Below, piece after piece: positions 1 to 11,292 of a stretch of DNA of 64,000 nt. This stretch comes from Eledone cirrhosa (Eukaryota). Location: NCBI GenBank assembly GCA_964016885.1, contig OZ024756.1, positions 38,936,001 to 39,000,000 of the forward strand. The letters run 5' to 3'. Each line of letters opens with the position of its first letter. Position 1 is the stretch's first letter. The translations under genes were made by a program, and so were the position numbers. The notes below the pieces were generated by a model. That model was not told the DNA's origin. It made no database searches and saw only the letters and a list, made by a program, of their open reading frames with translations.

Positions 1-1
1 A

Positions 2-3000
2 ACACGACACATCCAGTTGAAGCATCGAAATGAAGAGCGTGTGATGAAAGCTCTTCTACTGCCAAAACCACTGCAACGAGATGCTTTCAATAAATTTAAG
101 AAAGAAGGAATTAACAATGCTGTATCATTTCGAAAATCCCAGAATCACAGTCGCATTGGTAATCTGGTATCTAAAGCGTTCTACAAGAAACTACCGCGGC
201 CTTGTATTTTCTGTGGGGTGATGCAAACCAATTTAACTCGTCATATCCGATTGAAACATAAAGATGAAATACGGGTTCAAGAGACTGAGCCAAAGATATT
301 CCAGGAGAATGTCTTTGAGGAAATGAATGAAGATGGCATTAAAAAAGAAAATAGCCAACGCCTATCTGAAAACAAACTGATGAAAACTTCTATTACTGCT
401 GATCTTGATATTTCAAACCTCCCTGATAATGTTATTTTATGCTGTCCACACTGTAACTATTCTGTACACAGGGATGTCTTATCGCAGCATATGAAGACTT
501 GCAGATCACTTGCAACTTCAAATGGATCTGTGTTGACATTAGATTTAGCTGCTAAGCAAGGTTGTGAAAGTAATTCTTCTAAACAGAGTTTACATTGCCA
601 AGTTTCTAGTTTAGATGCAAATTTGGTTAAGGAACAAAATATTTACGGAGCTGGTGTACTAAGGAAGACAAGGTCTAGGAAGAAAGAATTAACAAACATA
701 TCAGATGTAGTGGATACTAAGTCAACAGGAAATGCTGAAAGTTTGCGATTACCTTCAACTCTTGAGAGAGATTATTTTAATACCAAAGTTTATCCCGATA
801 ATTTGGAAGGATATTGTGAGGGCGAAGGAAGTGGTTTAGTAGAAGTGTCTTTTTCTGTGAAAAATACAAATCATGAAGATAAATTGAAAGATGTGCTTAA
901 ATTTAGTGATACTGACTCTATTTATGTGGATAAGATTCTGATTGAGCAAAGCAAAGACAAGGTAACACTGAACTTTGGTAAATCAGATTCTGACCTATAT
1001 AGTAAAACTGAACAGATTCAAAAGAACAAAAACCCTAAAGTTGTTAGTTCAGATTTTGGCCCACTCTATAACAAGTCAGACACTGTTATAATCAAAACTC
1101 CATGTTATAAAGAAAGTCTGAAAGGGTTGCATGCTTCACCTAATTCTAACAACACAAATAATGTCGAAACTGTTGCCTTACCACTTTTTTCTACACCATA
1201 TTCCTCTCAAGATGATAGCAGTTTGCTGAAACAGAAAACAAGTAATTCCCAGAATAGTGATAGTTTAAATGATATCTATTTCCAACATCATCCAGAAGAC
1301 AAAGACATTTCTTTAAAATCATCAAATATAGCCCCTCGGTTTGGTAATGGTCCATACAAGTTACCTTTGGAAAATATTGATGAAAGCAAAACTTACAAAC
1401 GTCCTGCTCGCCCCTGCCCATTTTGTGGAATAATGCAGGCAAAACTTAGTCGTCATATAAAGCTGAAACATAAACACGAAGAATGTGTGAAACGGGCCCT
1501 GAAGTTGCCGCTTCATGAACAACGTAGTGCTTTTAATGAATTCAAACGTGAAGGTATTTTAAAGGAAAATATGCGTAGAATTAACAGCCTTTCTGAATCT
1601 GATTGCCTTATCATAGAGAGAATTCCTTATGGACATACTGTGTGTCCTTATTGTAAAGAATCTCAGCCTAAGGAAGACATTAATCAACATATTGTTACTT
1701 GTAAATCTGCTCCATACTCCCTTGATACTTCCAATCAGCTTTCTAACGATGGAGTACGCTCTGACAATTGTATTACTAAATCTTCTTCCGACAATGTTGA
1801 CATCCAACCATCTTCTTTAGCAGCTATGTCTCCTTCTTCATCAACGTTTGTATCTCTCTCTGAAAGAAATGATGAGAATGATAGTCATTGTGCTGTTATA
1901 GAAAATATCAGTGATTCCCAGGACATAGAAGAGTGCAATTCTGCTGCTCCAGTTAATAGCAAACAAATCAAAACTGTTTTAACTGCATCAGAAGAAGGAG
2001 AAGGTAAAACTTCTGATAATGAAGAGAACTTGTTAGATGAAGTAGATAAAACAGAATTAAGTAATTCCTCAAATAGAAAATGTAATCTAAATTCAGATAC
2101 TATTGTATTAAAAGAAGAATTTCCTGAAACATCAGCTCCTCCTTGTGAACACCCTGGTGGTGGAACTGACTTCATCGTCCATGTTTCTGATTCTAAAAAG
2201 ACAACAGGTTTGTTTCTTATGTCTGATTTAAACAAAACTATATTCCAGCAGACAAGAGACGTTAACTGTGAGAATCTACTCTCTTCATCAGTTTCAGAGG
2301 AAATCAAAAGCTACAACAATAATAGTGACATTGTGAAAGAAGAAGTCACTAACGAAGATATCCAATTAATGTCTCCAGTTTCAATTTCTGACACATCTGA
2401 TGAAGATGTTACCAGTCACAACAGCAACACTGACACTTTAGGTTTTGAGAAACATATTTCAATTAAGGGTCAGACAAATGTCATAATGTTAGGCGAACAA
2501 AGAGATTTTGCAAGGTGCTCTAGGAATAAACAAAGGACATACAAAAAACCATCACGACCTTGTTTGTTCTGTGGTATTATGCAAGCCAAACTAACGAGAC
2601 ATATTAAACTAAAACACAAAGATGAGGAACGTGTTAAAGAAGCATTACAACTATCTCAGTTGATGCAACGAAGAATTTTTAACCAGTTTAAAAAGGAAGG
2701 AATTATGAAAGAAAATGCCAAAAGATTAAATGAACAAGACCAATATCAAGAATTAATTCCAGAGCATACATTCCACACTGATTCTTCTCCCTGGCTTGTC
2801 TGTAATAACTGCAATGTATTTGTAAAGAAAGATGCAATGAAGGAACATATGCAGTGTTGTAGTCTTGCACTTTCTAATTTTAATACAACTGATTGGTCCT
2901 ATGAGCAAGAAATGTTCACACATTCCCCTGATGAAAACAATTTTTCTGATGACGGACCAAACAAAAATATTTCCATGTCTTCTCCATTAAAAGAAACTGA

Positions 3001-6000
3001 TCAATCTTTTAATTCTGCTTGGCAATATCAACAAGAAACAAATGTTCCTTGCTCTGATGATGCCAAGGAGCCAAACCATGAGTCGCTTATCAATCTAAAA
3101 TTGAAAAAAGAAGTTGAAGATTTAGAAGATGAAAATTACAGTGTAGAAAATACATTGCAACATCAAGATGATATGAATTATTGTAACAAGTTTAATAACC
3201 AAAGTATCTCAGTCAGAAATCAACTGGTAACTACTTTTTCAAGTGATGATTTCGAGGAGAAATACAGACCTAATTTAGATGAGAATTCTTTTGAAAATGG
3301 AATCTCTGGAACAGTCTGTGATCCCCATCTTAAAACAAACCATGAAATAAATAACACTCAGGAAAACCACTCTCCCATTCCCGAAACAAATACAATGAGA
3401 GACTTCGAACAATCTCTAAGCAACACGGAATGTAAGTCTGAAAATTTAGAAACTAAAGAGTCTAGTGAAGCCCATATTGTTCTTAAAGAGGAAATATCTA
3501 TGTCACTCTCTGTTTCTGATACTCTTGATGATGATAATGAAGGTGAAGTTGTTCCTCTTGATAATCAATCTAAGCCAGATTCTCCATTGAATGGTCCAGA
3601 ACTGTTAAGTACTTCCATTGTTAAATGTAATCAAAGTTATTTTGGTAAATCTTACAAGAAGCCATCCCGTCCATGTCCATTTTGTGGTGTAATGCAAGCT
3701 AAACTCACTAGACACATCAAACTGAAACACAAAAATGAAGAGAGAGTGAAGGAGGCGATGTGTTTATCTCAGCCGTCACAGAGGCATGCATTTAATCAGT
3801 TTAAGAAAGAAGGTATTTTAAAAAACAAATTATCTCAAATGGAAACTTGGTTTGACAAAGAACACAAGATAATCGGTCAAGTGTTGCCATCTTCTCAACA
3901 GAATGCTGTTTGTAGTGGTTGTGATCAAATTATACCAGTGGAAAACCTCAGTGACCACATGTTTCTCTGTGGTCGTGCACACTTGCAGCTAACCGACCAG
4001 GTTACAGTTCAGCCAACAACGGAATCCCCGTCAAAATCTGATACAATAGATAATTACAAAAATGGTGCAGATAAAAATATTGATGATGATAATGATTCAG
4101 TAATTGAATTGAATGATGATTTACTCCAAACATCTATTGAAGTTGTTAATGATGATGAAACTAACGAGGTGTATGTTATTCAAGTGGATACACCATTGAA
4201 ATCAAAGACTGACTGTAGCCATGATACCATCAAAACACCTTGTGATACTTCTGACAACAACCACAGAAATATAGATTTTGAAAACAAAAAGGAAGTTTCA
4301 GACATTACCATAATTGAGGAGTCCTTAACCATTGTGGATCCTAAAAGAGTTCCTGAAGTGACAGATGCTGTAAGAACACCTGTAAGTTTATCTGATTATT
4401 CAGATAATGATTGTAATATCATTTCAGATAATAATGAAGAAAATACCTCTGAATTGAAAGCTAAATTTAACTTGTCTTTGGAAGAACATTCATTAATTCG
4501 AAAGAAAGACCCCAACCAACAGTTGAATAATGCTCTAAGAGTGTATAAGAGGCCTTCACGGCCTTGTCCATTTTGTGGGGTGATGCAGGCGAAACTGACC
4601 CGTCATATCAAATTAAAACATAAAGGAGACAGGAGGGTAAAAGCTGTCTTACAGTTACCTCAACTTTTACAGTTGAGAGTGTTTAGTCATTTTAAAAGAG
4701 AAGGCATAATGAAAGATAAACTCCGTCGAATGGGAGAATCTTCCATGTTCATGGATAGTGATGCTATTGAAGACATTGAGAGAAGGACATCCAGAAAGCT
4801 TGTTGGTGGTGGAAGACCTTTACATTCACAAGGTTCAAACTGTCCACACTGCAAGAAGCCTTTTGCGAAAAGCACACTGAGAAGACATATAGCAAAGTGT
4901 AAGTTTAAATGTACAGACAATGCAACTGTACCCACTTTACAGTCAAACAGAAACATAAATAGCAGTACTAGTGGCGGCAGCAGTAGTAGTGTCATTAATA
5001 ATTGTGGTAGTGGCACCAGCTTATCTCCATTTGCATCTGTATCAACAGATTGTTATCAGTTAACAAACAGTGTTACCAGTTCAGCGAAGAAAGCCACTGT
5101 CCTTTTACAGAAGGGGAATTCTGCCAGATCTGTTAAGAAAACTGCTAATGAAGGAGATAGAAATGTGGAAAATATTATGTCTGTAGTTTCTGACTTTGAT
5201 TTTAAAAGAAATGCTTCTAGTTCTGTTTTTAGAAATCAACAAGAATCATCTTGTTGCAGTGCTGATGTCCCTGGTGATAACCAACACGAAAGACATAAAG
5301 AGGATAGACATGAACAAGATAATCAGAAGTTTCTGACCTTTCATTCTAACCATCATGATAATCAGGAACAGAAACCCTTCAGTAGCAGAAAAATTGACAA
5401 AGCTGAAGATGATGCCAATAGAAACTACAGTTTGTCTGCTACGACTGGCACCGTTGGTTTAGATATAGACTGTAGGCAACAGCATAAACAAATCAGGGAA
5501 TTTGATGAAAACCTGTTAAAATCAACAGCATCATCTGTAAAGACAAAAAGGTCTCCCTTTGAAAACGAACCACTTGCTCAAAATAGAGAATCCTCAAAAA
5601 TGATATGTTTGAATGAACGAATTATTCAGAGTCATCCCCTAATTGAGAGATTTCCTGAGAAGCACATCTCGAATGAAAGCCTTGTTCATCCTGATATGAA
5701 GAGTATTTCAAATCCATCATCGGAAGGATGGTCGGGCCAGACTGAGTGTAATAGACAAAACAATTCAATTGAAACTCCATTTGGAACAAGTCTTGACAAC
5801 GCCAGAAATCAACAGTTCTGTTCTTATCAGATGAGCACAAGTAAATCTAGCCACGAATCTCTACCGAAACTTATGGAACCAATGAATAACTCTGATGTGA
5901 AGAATAATAAGTTTACCTGCCCTTCTCAAGACACTTTTTTTCTAAATAATATTTCCATCAAAACAGAAAAACCATGTTCTCCAGTTGAAGACTTAACTTT

Positions 6001-9000
6001 TAGTGCTTTGGCAATGGAACAAATGTCTTCCCTTATTCAAGATGATTCTGGTCGAGATAACCACTTTTCTAAATATCCTGAGCTGAATGCTATGGTTGAC
6101 TCAAAGGTAAATTCTTCTTTTATATCTCAACCAGATATCAGCAAGAGTGAGTCCCAAATAACACTTTATGGTTTAGAAACACAACCATCCTATGGCTTGC
6201 CACCAATGTTCCCATCTAAAGATAGCAATACATCTTTGTCACCTGTTGCTTCAAACAAGACCAGCATATTGCCACCACTCCCAGATGAAGATTTTAAATT
6301 TGATCCTGCAAATATGTATTTATCATATGATTCTCAGGGAATATCCGTCGTAAACTATCAACCAGTTACTGACAGCATCACAGCTGCCGGAGGTAGTTCT
6401 GGAGGCAGTGGATGCAGTGGTACTAGTGGTCCAAAAACTTCACAGTCATCACCTAGACGCATGGGAGCAAACACTGGTGGACGTAACAACGTCGGTCTTA
6501 ATTCGGGAAGAGGGACCTCTTCAAATCGAAAACCTCCCACACCATGTCCATTCTGTGGTGTAAAACAGGCCAAATTAAAGCGCCATATTCAACTGCGGCA
6601 TAAAGAAGAAGAACGTGTCAAGGAAGCTCTAAAGTTGCCCCCAAACCTTCAGCGAGATGCATTTCACCAGTTTAAAGAAGAAGGGCTGGCAAATGAATTA
6701 AAGAGGGCCAGTGAAAGTAACATAGTGACCAATGCTAGTTCTACTGTTCGAAATGACATCGGCAACCAAAAAGGTTCGGTTTCAAAGGTTCTCTGTCCTC
6801 TCTGTGACACCTACTATGAGAAGGATGTCTTACAAATGCATATGATTGGCTGCAGTTCAGCTCTATCTAATTTCAATGCTTCTGATTGGCTGACAAATTC
6901 TGTTCCAGATCTTGAACTCAATACCGAGACAGATCCGGAACAATCCTCTGAAAATCTGGCGTCTTTGAATCAAATATCACTGCCAACATCTTTACTGAAA
7001 GAGGAATTTGATGCCCCCCCTGGTCCTAACCCTGATGCTATGATGTCTCCCTATAAAGATTTCTCATCTTATATTACTGCTTCCAGTCAACCAGAACAAG
7101 AATCACAACAGCCCCAGCAGCATCAACAGCCCCAGCAGCATCAACAGCAGCACCAACATCAACACCAACAGCAACAACAACACCATCAGCAGCACCATCA
7201 GCAACAGCAACATCAGCAACAACACCACCAACAACAACAGCAGCAGCAGCAGCATCAACAACACCAGCAGCAGCACCAACAACAGCAGCAGCAACATCAT
7301 CAACCACAACAGCAGCAGCAGCAGCACCAACAACAACAACAACAACAGCAGCAGCAGCAGCAGCAGCACCAGCAACATCATCAACCACAACAGCAGCAGC
7401 AGCAGCAGCAACATCATCAACCACAACAACAGCAACACCACCCACAGCAGCAGCACCACCAACAACAACAACACCAACAGCAACATCAGCAGCTACAAAG
7501 CCAACAGTATATTCCAACACAAGAGAGCGATATGTTTGGCGGTAGCAATCCATTTTCCTCGAATGTCGACGAATGTCATATGGACTTTAGAATGGAATCG
7601 GTGGAGAACAGCTCCAAGAATTCTTCTATGCAACCATTTAATGTCTCGACTTTCAGTTGTGGCTCTGTAGAGGAGAACACACCTTGTGACACCTCTTGGA
7701 ACCAGAAGAGACCAAATTTACTGAGTCATCACCCCCCGCCGCCTCCTCCTCATCATCATCATCAACATCAACAACAACAGCAACAACAGCAACACCATCA
7801 TCATCATCAACAGCAGCAGCAACATTACCACCACCAGCAGCAACAACAGCAACAGCAACAATATCTTTCACAAGAAAACTTATATCAGGGTGGAGCTCAG
7901 CAACAGTCCTTATATATGAAGGTCAACAAACTTGAGACTATGGCCAGTCTGCCATTCTCTGGTTCTGAAAACTTTATGTTGCTACCCCCACCACCGGCAC
8001 CACAGCCCCCGCCAACCCCACAACCATCACCATCACCATCATCACAGTCCCCAATAAATATGCCTTCTTCATCTCCAGCAATAATGTCATCTCCAATGTA
8101 TGAGATTAAGAATGTCCAAAATAAATGGCCTCATATTGAAGGTAACCAGCCTTGCGCTATTGGAGCTTTAGATGAAGGGGCCACATCTACAAAGCGACAA
8201 AAGTTCAATAGCACATCTCCAGCCCCTTCATCTACATCTCCCCTTGATTTTAGCCCTTCACCTTTTAACCCTCCATCAAACAGTTCTGTGGTCGGTCGAC
8301 ATTGTTCACAGACACTGCAACCACCACCTTTACTTCAACAACACACAGCACCACCACCACCACCGCCGCCGCCAGCACCACCACAACAACCTCTGCCGCC
8401 GCCGCCGCCACCACAACTTTCCTCAAGAAATTGCCAAAGTTTTACAAACGCTGAGGATGGCTTCTCGTCTGTGATGTCGTACAATATTCCAGACCCGAAT
8501 GTTATGGGGCCCACGATGCCACGAAATCGTGCTGCCCTGTTGCCCACTGAACATGGACACACTGACAGTTTCTGTGACAACAGTACTGGGTCTGCTTACT
8601 TCACTGGGCAGGGAGGCACCATTAGTGCTACTAACAACAATACAACAAACCAAAGCAGTATACCAGGTCAGAACTATACACACAGATCCCCAATGTATCA
8701 GAAGATGGCTACCAACACCATTTCTCCATCTCCGAACACTTTTAATTCCCCTTCTCCTTCCCCTACATCCTCTTCGGCATCTTCAAAGAGCAGTGCCTAT
8801 CATCATCCTTCAGCTGGTCTGCAAATGTCTCCACTTTACGGGTTACCAGATCTGTCACCTTCCGCTATTGGGGAAACATGCAACCTTCCTTATAAAAACA
8901 ACAGCAGTGTTAGTAGTGCTAGTAAAAATAGTAGTAGTAGCAGCAGCAGTAACAACAACAACAGTAGTAGTTGTAGTAGTAGTAGTAGTAGTAGTAGCAG

Positions 9001-10060
9001 CAGCAGTCAGCGATGTGGACTCAATACTGACAATGGAGTTGCCAGTGGTGCTGGGTGTGTAACTGCTAGAGTTCAGTCAACACCACCGCCACCACAACTA
9101 CCACTACAACCACCACCACAACTACAACCACCACCACAGCTACAACCACCACCACAGCTACAACCACCACCACCACCACCACCACCACCACCACCACCAC
9201 AGCCATCAGTACCACCAGTAGTGCCATCATCAACATCTCTACCTCCAGCCTCATCAATGCTGTCATCTTCTCTTTTGCCACCCCCCTCTCTACCGCCACC
9301 ACCACCATCACCACAACAACAGCCACAAACTTCCCAAATACTCGGCTCAGCCTCCACAATGACTTTATCGTATTTACCATTTGGGAGCAGCAGTAGTACT
9401 AGTAGTAGTAGTAGTAGTAATAGTTGTATTATTACTTGTAGTAGTAGTAGTAGTAACAGTAGTACTACTGTTAATAGTATAGCAGGGAATATTAGTACCT
9501 GTTGTAGTGGCAGTAGTAATAGTAGTAACAGTAGTAGTAGCAGTAGTAGTAGTTGTAGCAGTGGCAACTGCAGTGGTAACTGTAGCAATAACAGCAACAG
9601 TGGTGAGCTGTGTCATACCAGTGTTAGACTGGGGGTAGTCTGTGGTTGTAACAGCAACAGTGGAAGTTACAGTTGTGAGAGCTGTGAACAAGATCAAACA
9701 ACTAGTTTGGAAGATAGTGAAACTATTGGTTTTGATAGTGGCGGTCAAGGTACTGAGAAAGGTGAGGTACCATGGGACTGCCTTAATACCAACACAGACA
9801 TTGGTGGCAACTGTGACCTTAGTGATTTCAGAAAACTGAAGAGCTACAAAAAGCCGTCCCGACAATGCCCCTTTTGTGGGGTGATGCAGGCAAAGCTTAC
9901 TAGGCACATTAAACTAAAACATAAGGAAGACAAGCGTGTTGTGGAAGCGCTCAGCTTGCCGCAGCCCCTAAAGAGGCAGGCATTCAGCCAGTTTAAAAAA
10001 GAAGGTATAATGAAGCAAGCAAGGGACTTTGGTCATCATCAGAATGAACCTTCGCCCTGA
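2..10060 (+). CDS. Giant (>10 kb) terminal coding exon, 5'-partial, of a >3350-aa protein with >=8 repeated C2H2-like zinc-finger modules and polyQ/P/S low-complexity regions; probable nuclear or chromatin regulator
   Basis: No stop from position 2 (T-R-H-I-Q-L-K-H-R, i.e. mid-module) to TGA at 10058-10060. The module YKKPSRPCPFCGxMQAKLTRHIKLKHK-x-EERV...FKKEGI starts at 182, 1394, 2540, 3653, 4544, 6527 and 9845, plus a partial copy at the left edge. Synonymous codon differences between the copies indicate protein-level constraint. Confidence 0.93.
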   Translation, partial: TRHIQLKHRNEERVMKALLLPKPLQRDAFNKFKKEGINNAVSFRKSQNHSRIGNLVSKAFYKKLPRPCIFCGVMQTNLTRHIRLKHKDEIRVQETEPKIFQENVFEEMNEDGIKKENSQRLSENKLMKTSITADLDISNLPDNVILCCPHCNYSVHRDVLSQHMKTCRSLATSNGSVLTLDLAAKQGCESNSSKQSLHCQVSSLDANLVKEQNIYGAGVLRKTRSRKKELTNISDVVDTKSTGNAESLRLPSTLERDYFNTKVYPDNLEGYCEGEGSGLVEVSFSVKNTNHEDKLKDVLKFSDTDSIYVDKILIEQSKDKVTLNFGKSDSDLYSKTEQIQKNKNPKVVSSDFGPLYNKSDTVIIKTPCYKESLKGLHASPNSNNTNNVETVALPLFSTPYSSQDDSSLLKQKTSNSQNSDSLNDIYFQHHPEDKDISLKSSNIAPRFGNGPYKLPLENIDESKTYKRPARPCPFCGIMQAKLSRHIKLKHKHEECVKRALKLPLHEQRSAFNEFKREGILKENMRRINSLSESDCLIIERIPYGHTVCPYCKESQPKEDINQHIVTCKSAPYSLDTSNQLSNDGVRSDNCITKSSSDNVDIQPSSLAAMSPSSSTFVSLSERNDENDSHCAVIENISDSQDIEECNSAAPVNSKQIKTVLTASEEGEGKTSDNEENLLDEVDKTELSNSSNRKCNLNSDTIVLKEEFPETSAPPCEHPGGGTDFIVHVSDSKKTTGLFLMSDLNKTIFQQTRDVNCENLLSSSVSEEIKSYNNNSDIVKEEVTNEDIQLMSPVSISDTSDEDVTSHNSNTDTLGFEKHISIKGQTNVIMLGEQRDFARCSRNKQRTYKKPSRPCLFCGIMQAKLTRHIKLKHKDEERVKEALQLSQLMQRRIFNQFKKEGIMKENAKRLNEQDQYQELIPEHTFHTDSSPWLVCNNCNVFVKKDAMKEHMQCCSLALSNFNTTDWSYEQEMFTHSPDENNFSDDGPNKNISMSSPLKETDQSFNSAWQYQQETNVPCSDDAKEPNHESLINLKLKKEVEDLEDENYSVENTLQHQDDMNYCNKFNNQSISVRNQLVTTFSSDDFEEKYRPNLDENSFENGISGTVCDPHLKTNHEINNTQENHSPIPETNTMRDFEQSLSNTECKSENLETKESSEAHIVLKEEISMSLSVSDTLDDDNEGEVVPLDNQSKPDSPLNGPELLSTSIVKCNQSYFGKSYKKPSRPCPFCGVMQAKLTRHIKLKHKNEERVKEAMCLSQPSQRHAFNQFKKEGILKNKLSQMETWFDKEHKIIGQVLPSSQQNAVCSGCDQIIPVENLSDHMFLCGRAHLQLTDQVTVQPTTESPSKSDTIDNYKNGADKNIDDDNDSVIELNDDLLQTSIEVVNDDETNEVYVIQVDTPLKSKTDCSHDTIKTPCDTSDNNHRNIDFENKKEVSDITIIEESLTIVDPKRVPEVTDAVRTPVSLSDYSDNDCNIISDNNEENTSELKAKFNLSLEEHSLIRKKDPNQQLNNALRVYKRPSRPCPFCGVMQAKLTRHIKLKHKGDRRVKAVLQLPQLLQLRVFSHFKREGIMKDKLRRMGESSMFMDSDAIEDIERRTSRKLVGGGRPLHSQGSNCPHCKKPFAKSTLRRHIAKCKFKCTDNATVPTLQSNRNINSSTSGGSSSSVINNCGSGTSLSPFASVSTDCYQLTNSVTSSAKKATVLLQKGNSARSVKKTANEGDRNVENIMSVVSDFDFKRNASSSVFRNQQESSCCSADVPGDNQHERHKEDRHEQDNQKFLTFHSNHHDNQEQKPFSSRKIDKAEDDANRNYSLSATTGTVGLDIDCRQQHKQIREFDENLLKSTASSVKTKRSPFENEPLAQNRESSKMICLNERIIQSHPLIERFPEKHISNESLVHPDMKSISNPSSEGWSGQTECNRQNNSIETPFGTSLDNARNQQFCSYQMSTSKSSHESLPKLMEPMNNSDVKNNKFTCPSQDTFFLNNISIKTEKPCSPVEDLTFSALAMEQMSSLIQDDSGRDNHFSKYPELNAMVDSKVNSSFISQPDISKSESQITLYGLETQPSYGLPPMFPSKDSNTSLSPVASNKTSILPPLPDEDFKFDPANMYLSYDSQGISVVNYQPVTDSITAAGGSSGGSGCSGTSGPKTSQSSPRRMGANTGGRNNVGLNSGRGTSSNRKPPTPCPFCGVKQAKLKRHIQLRHKEEERVKEALKLPPNLQRDAFHQFKEEGLANELKRASESNIVTNASSTVRNDIGNQKGSVSKVLCPLCDTYYEKDVLQMHMIGCSSALSNFNASDWLTNSVPDLELNTETDPEQSSENLASLNQISLPTSLLKEEFDAPPGPNPDAMMSPYKDFSSYITASSQPEQESQQPQQHQQPQQHQQQHQHQHQQQQQHHQQHHQQQQHQQQHHQQQQQQQQHQQHQQQHQQQQQQHHQPQQQQQQHQQQQQQQQQQQQQHQQHHQPQQQQQQQQHHQPQQQQHHPQQQHHQQQQHQQQHQQLQSQQYIPTQESDMFGGSNPFSSNVDECHMDFRMESVENSSKNSSMQPFNVSTFSCGSVEENTPCDTSWNQKRPNLLSHHPPPPPPHHHHQHQQQQQQQQHHHHHQQQQQHYHHQQQQQQQQQYLSQENLYQGGAQQQSLYMKVNKLETMASLPFSGSENFMLLPPPPAPQPPPTPQPSPSPSSQSPINMPSSSPAIMSSPMYEIKNVQNKWPHIEGNQPCAIGALDEGATSTKRQKFNSTSPAPSSTSPLDFSPSPFNPPSNSSVVGRHCSQTLQPPPLLQQHTAPPPPPPPPAPPQQPLPPPPPPQLSSRNCQSFTNAEDGFSSVMSYNIPDPNVMGPTMPRNRAALLPTEHGHTDSFCDNSTGSAYFTGQGGTISATNNNTTNQSSIPGQNYTHRSPMYQKMATNTISPSPNTFNSPSPSPTSSSASSKSSAYHHPSAGLQMSPLYGLPDLSPSAIGETCNLPYKNNSSVSSASKNSSSSSSSNNNNSSSCSSSSSSSSSSSQRCGLNTDNGVASGAGCVTARVQSTPPPPQLPLQPPPQLQPPPQLQPPPQLQPPPPPPPPPPPPQPSVPPVVPSSTSLPPASSMLSSSLLPPPSLPPPPPSPQQQPQTSQILGSASTMTLSYLPFGSSSSTSSSSSSNSCIITCSSSSSNSSTTVNSIAGNISTCCSGSSNSSNSSSSSSSSCSSGNCSGNCSNNSNSGELCHTSVRLGVVCGCNSNSGSYSCESCEQDQTTSLEDSETIGFDSGGQGTEKGEVPWDCLNTNTDIGGNCDLSDFRKLKSYKKPSRQCPFCGVMQAKLTRHIKLKHKEDKRVVEALSLPQPLKRQAFSQFKKEGIMKQARDFGHHQNEPSP
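7106..7862 (+). repeat. Coding CAG/CAA/CAC/CAT repeats (polyQ/H tracts with a short polyP)
   Basis: Mixed-codon Gln/His runs at about 7106-7500 and 7750-7862, in frame with the large ORF. Confidence 0.95.
8345..9605 (+). repeat. Coding polyP (CCA/CCG) and polyS (AGT/AGC) tracts
   Basis: In-frame (CCA)n runs at about 8345-8415 and 9080-9310; (AGT/AGC)n runs at about 8925-9008 and 9385-9600. Confidence 0.9.
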
Positions 10061-11175
10061 AGACACACACAAATACATAATACCTAGAACAATTTCAAAT
10101 AAAGCATATTAGCTCACTATTATATAAAAATATTACAAATCTTTCTTGGAAATTCAAAATTTGTCAGTAAGTTTTTTTTTTTGAATTTTTTTTTTTAAAG
10201 TCTTTATCATATTTAACTTGAACTTTTCTTAAAAAAAAAAAAAAAAGAAAAAGCTGCTGTAATATGAATTCCAATTTTTCTTTACCCAAATATATTCATT
10301 CAGATTTTCCACTTAACCCTCTCCTCCTCCTCCTCCTATCTCTCCATTTCTTTTTATCCTGGATTATTTTGTAAAAACTATTTTTATAAGCAATTATTAT
10401 TCCACCACTGATAATGTTTTTTTTTTTTTTTTGATTATTTTATTTTCATTTTGTGGTATAGAACAGGTGTTTAATGAAGCAAATTGAACTTTTCTTAGAG
10501 ACATTGATTTCTTCAACACTTAATCTTCAATACTCAATAACTATGTTAATATATGCTTATTTTAGTTTAATCCCTGTGTATAACCTTTTGAAGGAGCCAG
10601 AAAAAAACAAAAAAACAAAACAAATACCTTCATATTTATTATTTTTCACCCTTTTAATGGCTAAAGGATAAAATGTTAGCAAGTATACCCATTTCTCTAA
10701 GTGTGGGACGTTTACACGCATATAATTGTATATACAGTTTACATTTTATAACATGGGGCAGGTCCTATTGGTAGGGAACAGATCTCAAATGTCCATCATC
10801 ATTATTATCCTTGATATATAAATTCCTGAGATTCTGTAACAGTTTATCAATGTTTCTTAACATCCATCATATCATTAAAGTATGATGTGTATGTGAATGT
10901 GTATATATATATGATTTAGTATAAGCTTTCATCAATGGGAACTATTCGTATGAGTATGAGGAAGTAAGATAAAAAAATGAAAAAACAAACAAACAAACAA
11001 CAACAAATAAAAAAAAATTGAACAAAATGAAAGTCGGTAGTAAGATAAGACAACTCTTACCTCTACATATCTTAATACCAAACGGAAGAGGAACTTTTCA
11101 GTGATTCATGCTTTCAGCTGACTCCTTCAATTATGTAAACATGCTTATAAATAAATAATAATTCCATTTGTTACT
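10061..11175 (+). other. Probable 3' UTR with candidate polyadenylation signal
   Basis: U/A-rich non-repetitive sequence after the stop codon; AATAAA at about 11150-11155, after which microsatellite- and TE-rich DNA begins. Confidence 0.4.
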
Positions 11176-11247
11176 TCAAACTATAAAGTTACAAACACGA
11201 TGTTTTAAACCAAAAATTTAAGAACGATTTATTTGGAGGCCCACATA

Positions 11248-11292
<45 letters not shown>

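Noticed and set aside
17-19. ORF-track start of the 3347-aa protein
   Set aside because: It is a TTG (Leu) in the middle of a zinc-finger module; the frame is open to the window edge, so the real start or acceptor lies upstream
7074-9907. Antisense and alternate-frame ORFs (polyL, polyV/A, polyT, polyG/C)
   Set aside because: Shadows of the trinucleotide repeats in the main CDS
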